6,689 bases of DNA from Takakia lepidozioides. Taxonomy: Eukaryota > Plantae > Bryophyta. The translations under genes and the position numbers were made by a program. The notes under the pieces are model-generated. The model saw only the letters and a program-made list of their open reading frames with translations, ran no database searches and was not told the origin of the DNA. The DNA lies in NCBI GenBank assembly GCA_030704615.1, contig JAKLZA010000031.1, forward strand, positions 1 to 6,689, given 5' to 3'. Below are positions 1 through 6,689 of the stretch, one piece after another. How positions within the stretch are numbered: the stretch's first letter is position 1; each line of letters starts with the position of its first letter.

Positions 1-399
1 AGTGGCTTGCCTGAGAGTACTCGGCTTCAGTTAGCGCAGGTTGTGAGCAGACACTGGAATCCCTGCTGGAGCTTCAGTTTGGCCATGCGAGAGATTGGCC
101 GTCGTCCGTAGTACAGGAGCTTTCAAATTCCGCCCGGGTCTGGATCTGAGGTCTCTCTCAGAGAGAGCCACGCCCTTCAGGCGGATTAAGTCCCAGCCAA
201 AAAGATATCCTTTTTGGGTGGTAATGCCTGGAATACCCATGTTAAGCCAAGTATAGCATGAGATTTAGGGTACGGGTCCAGGAAGCCAATGGCGTCGCCA
301 GCCGAATAATAAGCGAAGGCCGTCGAAATTATTGCCAATGCGCATTTAAATGTCGGATGAAGCCTCCATGTCGGAAGAAAATAGACGAAAAACAGTCCC

Positions 400-720
400 G
401 GAATTTCCTTCACGCAGGTAATTCGGATCGGCGGAGGATGGAAATACGGCGCCGAATTTCCCATCCGTGCAGGTAATTCGGATGCGCCCGATGGAAATCC
501 GGCGCAGAATTCCATCCGCGCAGGTAGGGCGGTGCGCCAACTTTCCTTCAAGCAGGTAATTCGGATGGGCGGATGGATGGAAATCCGGCGCCGAATAATT
601 TCATCCGCGAAGGTAGGGCGGTTCGCCAAATTCCTTCCAGCAGGTTAAGTCGGCGCCGAATTCCATCCTGCCGGTAAGTCGGATCGGCTGCCATATGATA
701 TTCGGCGCCGAATTTCCATC
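400..720 (-). repeat. Left array of palindrome-bearing units, inverted relative to 1025-1470
   Basis: Cores at 448, 501 (variant), 587, 652 and 704. The linker GCAGGTAATTCGGAT is the reverse complement of ATCCGAATTACCTGC in the right array. A private sub-unit AGGTAGGGCGGT.CGCCAA occurs at about 522 and 611. Confidence 0.88.
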
Positions 721-1093
721 CGCCATTTATTTCTGAGCGCAGGAGATTACCTCCGTGCAGGTAATTCCCATATAAGAATTACCTTCGTGCAGATAATTCA
801 CATACAAGAATACCGTATGCAGCGTAATTTCCAGTAGGAGAATTACTTTGTGCAGTAATTCTGGCACGAGAATAAACATCGATTGGATTACGCAGGAAGT
901 AATTGTCCTGGAAATTACCTGCACAAAGGTAATTCTTGTATGCAAATTACTGCCATCGAGTGTAATTCTTATATGATGGGAATTACCTGCACGAAGGTAA
1001 TTCCCGCCTCAGAAATAAATGGCGAGTGAAATCGGCGCCGAATATCCATACGCACGAATCCGAATTACCTGCTGGATGGAAATTCGGCGCCGA
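650..1093. repeat. Long imperfect inverted repeat (foldback), arms ~210 bp, axis ~872
   Basis: CGCCATTTATTTCTGAG (721-737) is the exact reverse complement of CTCAGAAATAAATGGCG (1008-1024). GGCGCC cores mirror at 704/1034 and 652/1086, and the arms align inward to about 861 and 886. Confidence 0.93.
743..1005. repeat. Eight ~32-bp units of hairpin motif GAATTACCT-N6-AGGTAATTC, four on each side of the axis
   Basis: Units start at about 743, 776, 808, 840 and 886, 911, 944, 980. The best copy is GGGAATTACCT-GCACGA-AGGTAATTCCC (978-1005). Loops are TCGTGC-like on the left and GCACGA-like on the right. Confidence 0.88.
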
Positions 1094-1470
1094 ATTCCAT
1101 TCATCCACGATTCGATTACCTGCGGATGAAATTCGGCGCCGAATATCCATATAGACACCGATCCGACCTTACTGCTGGATGGAAATTCGGCGCCGAATTT
1201 CCATTCATCCACGATTCGAATTACATGCAGGATGGAAATTCGGCGAGAATATTCCATATGGCACCGATCCGCTTACCTGCTGGATGGAAATTCGGCGCCG
1301 AATTTCCATTCATCCACGATTCGAATTACCTGCAGGATGAAAATCGGCGCCGAATATCCATATGGCACCGATCCGACTTACCTGCGGATGGAAATTCGGC
1401 GCCGAATCTCCATCCATCCGAGATTCCACTTACCTGCTGGATGGAAATTCGGCGCCGAATCTCCATCCGG
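1025..1470 (+). repeat. Tandem array of nine ~52.5-bp monomers organised as ~105-bp A/B dimers
   Basis: Cores at 1034, 1086, 1135, 1189, 1242 (variant), 1294, 1346, 1398 and 1451. A perfect 26-bp palindrome ATGGAAATTCGGCGCCGAATTTCCAT occurs at 1179-1204 and 1284-1309. Confidence 0.95.
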
Positions 1471-2115
1471 GGTAATGGTCTCTGTCGGAGAGGTGCCGCC
1501 TCTCCGCCGCTCTGTTGATATTCGGTGCCGAATTCCGTCCGGGGTGAAATATGACTGCCAGGTTCCGACTCTCCCCCTCCCGACTCATTGGAACGGCCCC
1601 GAATTGAAATTCGGCGCCGTTTTCTCATCTGTGGAGGTTTTTATGTCGGCCAGTTTTCGCTCTGACCGCCCGACAAACACTTCCTTTGGGGGGGCCCGGA
1701 TGGGAAATTCGGCGCGAATGGCCGTCCAGGGGATGTCTCTGTCGCACACTGGCCGGCCTCTGTGCCCCAGGCGACTTCATCCGGGCGTCCCCTTTGTCGA
1801 TATTCGTTGCCGAATTCCGTCCGGGGGTGAAATGTGACACAACTGCAGGCCACTCCCCCCTCCCGACTGCATCCGAATCGCCCCGGATGGAAATTCGGCG
1901 CCGTTTTCCATCTGGGGATGTTTTTATGCGTCCAGTTTTCGGCCCTGACCCCCGACACGACTCCCTTTGGGGGACCGGATGGAATTCGGCGCCGAATCTC
2001 CATCCAGAAGATGTTCTCTGTCGCACACACTCCGGCCTCTGCGCCCGAGGCGACTTCATCCGGGCTTCCTCTGTTGGATTTGGGTGCGAATTTCCATTCG
2101 GGGTAGTAATGTGAC
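1440..2115 (+). repeat. ~280-bp tandem repeat, about 2.4 copies
   Basis: GATATTCG.TGCCGAATTCCGTCCGGGG occurs at 1517 and 1799, with a degenerate copy at 2077. Shared blocks are CCCCCTCCCGACT, TCTCTGTCGCACAC and AGGCGACTTCATCCGGGC. Confidence 0.92.
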
Positions 2116-3114
2116 GGCACGGTGCCGGCTTATCCCCTTCAGCCGTCATATCCGGACGGCCCCCCACTTTCTGACTGCATACCGTTGGCAGTTATTGGCA
2201 AAGACGAGGGGCCGCATTCCGGAGACAAGGTTCATTAACACTCTGACTGTGGATTTTTGAGATAGTTGGCTCCCTGGATTTGGATCAGGCTTCGTCGCTC
2301 GGACAAATCGGCATCGCATTCATTCCCATCGCTGCACCCCCTTCTACCAGGGAGCTTCCCCGCACGCCATCCTGGCAGTCTTGTGTGCACATCTCCCATG
2401 GCGGGAAAACCCGAGCGCTACAGTGTACTGCCCTCCTCACGAGCATAGAGCTTCATTCCGTGCAGAGGGGACACTGCCGGGTGATGGAGAAATATCTGTG
2501 CGTTCGATACCACCTGAAACCGGGGTCGGTTTTTTTGGAGGAGGAAAGGAAGGACTCAAACGGCCTTGTTGTCGAGAGTATTGTTGTGCTCCACGATGAT
2601 TTCGGCGATGGCAGGGAATGGCGAGTTCCACCATCGGACAGCGTCATATACAGGGCTGTTGGGGACTTCATTTGCCGCCAAATGCACCGTCTATCCTGGC
2701 GCCTTCCACGAAACAATCCGCGAATCAGAGAGTGGGTACCTCAAAGAGAGAAGTCCGCAACGAAGTAAATCCAGAGCCGAACCCATCCATGAAGACGACC
2801 GAGAACCGGGTTGTTCACAACCTGTCCGACTCAGACGAGGTCATGGAAGTTCCGAGGTCGTCCTGGAGATCAGGCAGTCCTCAATGGACGTCAGTGGAGG
2901 AGGGAGTCATATTCCCAGCACGAGCACCGCAGTTCGATCATTCTAGAAATTCTGCGAGGGCTTCACCTGGAGGGACACCGGTCGGAGCTGGCCGGGCTGG
3001 ACTACAACAAGTTCGCAATTAAATCGGTTACATGCCTTCCGCCGACGTCGACGGTAATGTCTTCTTTGAGTTCCTCCTCGGCGGACTACTCGAGGGCGTC
3101 CGGAATGTTGACAG

Positions 3115-3470
3115 ATATGGATAGAAAACATGACGGTCATCCTTGGTGCGTTACCAAACCACCAGCATGAAGATGCTTGATGGTGTGCGGGTGCGCTACG
3201 TTGTTTGTGCGGGGCGCGTTGCGGTGTTTCTCCCCAACTTGCTTCCACTTTAAATCCAGAGGTCACAGGAACGAGACCGATTGGACAGGCACAGCTCACC
3301 AACCATTTCGAGCTCAGGAGAAGGTTCCGAACTCCACATTTAAGTGTGCGCATTGCAAAGAAACCACCACACTGCATGTCTGTTTGTAATGCCAAGCAGT
3401 TCTATGTGTTGCCACCGTTTCCCTGACCTCACCCGAGCTTGCATACACGTTGGTTCCCATTGTCACAAAT
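3115..3470 (+). other. GCM-like (WRKY-GCM1 superfamily) zinc-binding, putative DNA-binding domain
   Basis: The pattern W..CxG..C..C / CxxC..C..GxHxH (DGHPWC..VCAG.LRCFSPTC..CAHC..CNAK..HVGSHCH) parallels the GCM domain order W..CLGVVVC..CPNC..C..GxHDH. Recognised by eye across four frameshifts. Confidence 0.55.
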
Positions 3471-3914
3471 TGGCGAGGGGGAACTCGCGGGAGGCTGCCC
3501 ACGAAGCAGAGCAGCTCGTTCAGGAGGAGGTTAAGTTGAGACCGGGTGCCAAACCCAAACAGATACAGCTCCAAGCCGCCCATAAGATGGCATGGCCAGA
3601 ATTATGTCGGAAGACGGCTCGGATAGAGTTCCTCTCGACGAGAAGGAAATGGAGGCATTGCTCGAGTCGGTGTCCCACGTATGTTCACCGAATGTCCGAA
3701 ACCACATTGTCTCATGCAAACAGAAAATGGGCGTGGCTCGGATATGCACTCCATTCTGGAGGTGAAGCGACGATGTGGATATGACTACATTCATGGAAGT
3801 AGGTTTCCAGGACAAGGGACTGAGGCAGATCGTTGTTTCGTATTCAAAATGTCCACGTGTGGACCTGGCAGTGCGTCGAACTGGTCGACAGGATGACGAG
3901 TGGGAACTTGTCAA

Positions 3915-4630
3915 ACAGTTGGGTCATGTTCGACCATATCAAGCGAATTACAAATCACCAGTGGGTGACAATGGGTGCACATGTCTACGACACCCACTGC
4001 AGGATGCTAATGACAATGCTATTTGTGAGATGAAAGGAGAGGACACACAATCGGAGATGCTTCTTTGGCAGGGAATAAACGAACAGATGGCCAAGGCGGG
4101 ATTGCCCCCTCCCAATTTCCGTGGTTTCATGGCGGACAACGCACAAGCAAATTGGGCTGCCATCCGAAGGGTGTACGGGCAAGACCCAAATGTTCCCATG
4201 GAAGGCAAGGAGAGATCTTGTGGGTTCCACTTTCTGCAGAGCCTTTCGCAGTACACAACCAGGCTCGTGGCGCCAGATTTCAGAGAGGAGCACCGTTCCA
4301 TGTGCCTGCGTGGAAGCGCGCTCCACCTTGGATGATGCAGAGACACAGTTTGCATGCATACGGGCTTGGTGGACATCGTCAGGTGCTGCTAAGGAAATCA
4401 GACGAAGGAGCAATGGTCAGTTGGCTAGCATGGTGGCATTATCGTTTCCTCCAGTTCGGCGACTATATGCGGGAGGTGAGTTGCACGAATTCGCGTCCCG
4501 TTGGATATTATTCTTGGCCATATTTGTAACTTGCTTGTAACCTCAACATGTGCTTGTGCAGGAAATGTGTCTCGACTCCGACACCGACATGCCCACGACA
4601 AACATGCCGAATCAGTGCACTCTTCCTGGG
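3915..4630 (+). other. MULE transposase catalytic DDE domain
   Basis: D1 is in VMFDH (GAC 3932-3934) and D2 in FMADN (GAC 4135-4137). The Mutator CxxH signature CGFH lies at 4219-4230, and E is in TTN-x-AESVH (GAA 4609-4611), matching the MULE TxNxxES motif. Confidence 0.85.
4476..4561 (+). other. Spliceosomal intron, 86 nt, phase 0
   Basis: Donor GAG|GTGAGT at 4476, T-rich interior with TTGTAAC twice, acceptor TGCAG|G ending at 4561. Splicing joins FGDYMRE in frame to EMCLDSDTDMPTTN and removes an in-frame stop. Confidence 0.8.
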
Positions 4631-5744
4631 TGCCTCCTCTGCGGCGCATCTGGTGGACATCCTCACTGCCACAACGGAGGACATTGTGAGGTCAATTATG
4701 CAGCAATGCAGGTACAACGAGTTCTTGAAAGGGAAACAGGGGGGCTTGGGGCCGGACAGGCAGGAAATGCTGATGCGGACTGCCTCCAGATCGAAGAATC
4801 CTCGGAAGTGGGCGGCGGCCTTGCGAGAGGGCCTTCGGGACACGCCATTGCTGCGAAGAGGCCAACATTTGGAAGGAGATGTTCATACCCGTCCAGTGAG
4901 ACGAAGACTTGACGAGGCACCTGGCGGAGAAGAGGATTCATGGCGAGCTGACAAGAATATTCGCACGCTCCCTCGTGGTCCGGTGATGTTGTCCGAGGAG
5001 GTCTCGTCGAGCACCGAAGTCCTGCACGTTCAAGATCGTCATCTCCTTTGAGCACAGGGCGCGTGCCCCGGCAACATAACGAGCCATCTGTAGTAAAGCA
5101 ATACAACATTCCCATTGTGGAGACAAGAGTGTCGGAGTCACAGTGGAGAATTGCGAGGACATTGCCGGCATTTCGAGGGAAGTGTGCGCCATCCGGGTGG
5201 ATACGAGAGCACGCTGTGGTGAGATGATTCGGAGGAACCCACGGTGCTGTACCTGCACCTTGTTTCAGCGGCAGATTTTTGACTCCCACATTTGCTCACG
5301 CCACAACGCAGACATTTGGTTCTGTAGGCACGACATAATGACCTGTGTATTTGGCAAGCCCAAGTACGGGATTCAGGGAATGCCGGAGCCTCCGGGCGTC
5401 TGGCCTGTTGCACCGGGTTGCAGCCTCTCTCAGAATGAGGCGGATGCTCTATCTGCAGCAGGATTTCGAATGGTGCAACGCACAGACATCCCGGCCCACG
5501 CATTTCCGGTTCTCAGACCCAGCCATTGCATACTGCTCGGTCCAGTAGAGACGGATTGGACAATTCTGCACATCCCACAATGCGATTCGGAAGAGTGAAG
5601 AGACGACCCTCCCAACAAGTTGAATGAGACTCGGATTGCCATGCTCTTGGGATGGCTTGCACTATTCAGAGCTCCGTGGACGTACCCCCACCCGGCCTTG
5701 GGCGTGTGTATCGGATGGCAACGGCCGGCTCGGCTGTACGCGAC

Positions 5745-5860
5745 GATGTATACACAATTACGATTGGAGTGGAGCCGACTTGCAACTGTACGGACTTCTC
5801 GTTGATGGAAGCAAAGAAGGGTTCGAAGTATTATCCGTGCAAGCATCTGTATTACATTTA
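5745..5860 (+). other. SWIM zinc finger
   Basis: YTITIGVEPT-CNC-x16-CKH-LYYIY gives CxC at 5781-5789 and CxH at 5838-5846, the canonical CxC-xn-CxH pattern. Confidence 0.92.
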
Positions 5861-6127
5861 CCTGAAGAGGTTGAGGATGAACGTGACTATTGATGACTTT
5901 ATTCATGCACCGGCGTTGAGCGTGTGACGAGCTGCACAAACTCCTTCTTAGGGATTCCAGAAATCATTGATGGGGCAAACGGAATCCTCCATATGGATAT
6001 TTTCAAATGCATTTTGCTGTATCAGACTTTTTTTTTTGCAGTGTAATGAAATGCACCCCAAAACTCCTGGAAATGAGGCAATATTCCATTCAAACTGAGA
6101 TCCAACAGAAGCAGTTCTGGGCCATTT

Positions 6128-6362
6128 CTGGAAAAATGGCGCCGAATTTCTCTTTTTGGGGCCGAAAACTCGCTAAGTCCCAACATGCACTGGTACCTGT
6201 GTTTGGGAAAATGGCGCCGAATTTCTCTTTTTGGGGCCGAAAACTGGCTAAGTCCCAACATGCACTGGTACCGTGTCTGGAAAAAAATGGCGCCGAATTT
6301 CTCTTTTTTGGGGCCGAAAACTGGCTAAGTCCGAACATGCACTGGAAAAATGGCGCCGAATT
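6128..6362 (+). repeat. 75-76-bp tandem repeat, three copies plus a partial fourth
   Basis: Unit GGAAAAATGGCGCCGAATTTCTCTTTTTGGGGCCGAAAACT.GCTAAGTCC.AACATGCACTGG, with cores at 6138, 6213, 6289 and 6352. Confidence 0.96.
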
Positions 6363-6376
6363 ACCTGTCATGAGGG

Positions 6377-6495
6377 GACCTATAGCCGCGGAATTCGCAC
6401 CATTTTTCGCCAGAGAGACCTATTGCCGCGAAATACGTCGCCGTTTTTTCAGGTTACGGACCCTATTACCGCGAAATTCGGCGCCATATTTGCAC
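6377..6495 (+). repeat. Three degenerate ~41-bp tandem units with the core motif in opposite orientation
   Basis: GACC(C)TAT..CCGCG.AAT.CG..(G)CC.T.TTT starts at 6377, 6417 and 6459. GAAATTCGGCGCCAT (6473-6487) is the reverse complement of ATGGCGCCGAATTTC in the 75-bp unit. Confidence 0.75.
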
Positions 6496-6689
6496 ATGTC
6501 GCTAGGAATTGGCATGAGCGGAAGACAAAATATCATGAGCACAACTGTCAAAAGTGCAATTTTCCCTTCAAGGGGCCGAATAATATATTGTTTTTTTCTG
6601 ACACATTGCATTAAATTATTGTTTTTTATTGTTTTATTGTTTTTATTTTCGAAATTTGTACTTCTGCTCATGAAAACCGATTGTGTTAC

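Larger units (their letters stand above)
2280..5970 (+). pseudogene. MULE-family DDE transposase with a GCM-like N-terminal domain and a C-terminal SWIM finger. Frameshifted as written but possibly intact in vivo; start codon not resolved.
   Basis: Stitched frames read SELAGLDYNKFAIKSVTCLPP..DMDRKHDGHPWC..VVCAG..CFSPTC..RNETDWTG..KCAHCK..CNAK..CIHVGSHCH..FPGQG..FVFKMS..WVMFDHIKR..FRGFMADNAQANWAAIRRVY..ERSCGFHF..WLAWW..PTTNM/AESVHSSW..CNC..CKHLYY..DELHKLLLRDSRNH*, with stop TGA at 5968-5970. Confidence 0.88.
400..6500 (+). mobile_element. Mutator-like element (MULE) with Foldback-type modular repeat arrays; boundaries approximate. The 400-862 part may belong to an adjacent copy, and the right end probably lies beyond the window.
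   Basis: A MULE DDE + SWIM transposase (2280-5970) is flanked on both sides by tandem arrays sharing the GGCGCCGAATT motif. No TSD or matching right TIR is visible in the window. Confidence 0.8.

Noticed and set aside
153-217. Small inverted repeats CTCTCTC-A-GAGAGAG (153-167) and CCAAAAAG-N5-CTTTTTGG (197-217)
   Set aside because: They are short and low complexity, and bacterial terminator logic does not apply here.
650-1093. Pure fold-back read chimera or hairpin telomere
   Set aside because: The arms stop mirroring beyond 650/1093, each has private sub-units, and 1-400 has no mirror copy. This is disfavoured but not fully excluded without reads.
1025-1470. CRISPR-like array of palindromic repeats at regular spacing
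   Set aside because: The spacers are not unique but alternate between two types, there are no cas genes, and the context is eukaryotic.
186-2260. Many overlapping ORFs with WKFGAEF / MEIRRRIS peptides on both strands
   Set aside because: They are translations of the palindromic DNA repeat, which reads the same on both strands.
2437-5939. Minus-strand ORFs across the transposase
   Set aside because: They are antisense shadows with no motifs; all conserved motifs are on the + strand.
6028-6041. T10-GCAG resembling a splice acceptor
   Set aside because: No convincing donor or downstream exon was found; it is likely U-rich 3' UTR.
6022-6671. ORFs over the downstream repeats
   Set aside because: They are translations of the 75-bp repeat and AT-rich low-complexity sequence.
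6673-6689. Weak similarity of the window end (AAAACCGATTGTGTTAC) to the palindrome centre (AAACATCGATTGGATTAC), a possible TSD
   Set aside because: The match is too short and mismatched, and no TIR precedes it.

Overview
This is eukaryotic DNA dominated by a Mutator-superfamily (MULE) DNA transposon. Joining the fragmented + strand ORFs from about 2280 to 5970 gives one transposase of roughly 1200 aa. It has a GCM-like (WRKY-GCM1 superfamily) Cys/His domain, a DDE core (D 3932, D 4135, CxxH 4219-4230, E 4609) split by an 86-nt GT-AG intron, an unassigned Cys/Trp-rich region and a C-terminal SWIM finger. The roughly 20 frameshifts I counted by eye look like single-base homopolymer indels, so sequencing error is a plausible cause rather than true decay. 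The most unusual feature is non-coding: a nested foldback centred near 872. It consists of ~32-bp hairpin units in the middle and ~52.5-bp units carrying a palindrome of up to 26 bp (ATGGAAATTCGGCGCCGAATTTCCAT) further out, followed by ~280-bp repeats. Downstream of the gene, 75-bp and ~41-bp arrays reuse the same GGCGCCGAATT motif. One reading is an end-to-end junction of two Foldback-type MULE termini. There are no CRISPR/Cas or RNA genes, and most short ORFs are repeat or frameshift artefacts. All alignments were done by eye and no searches were run.
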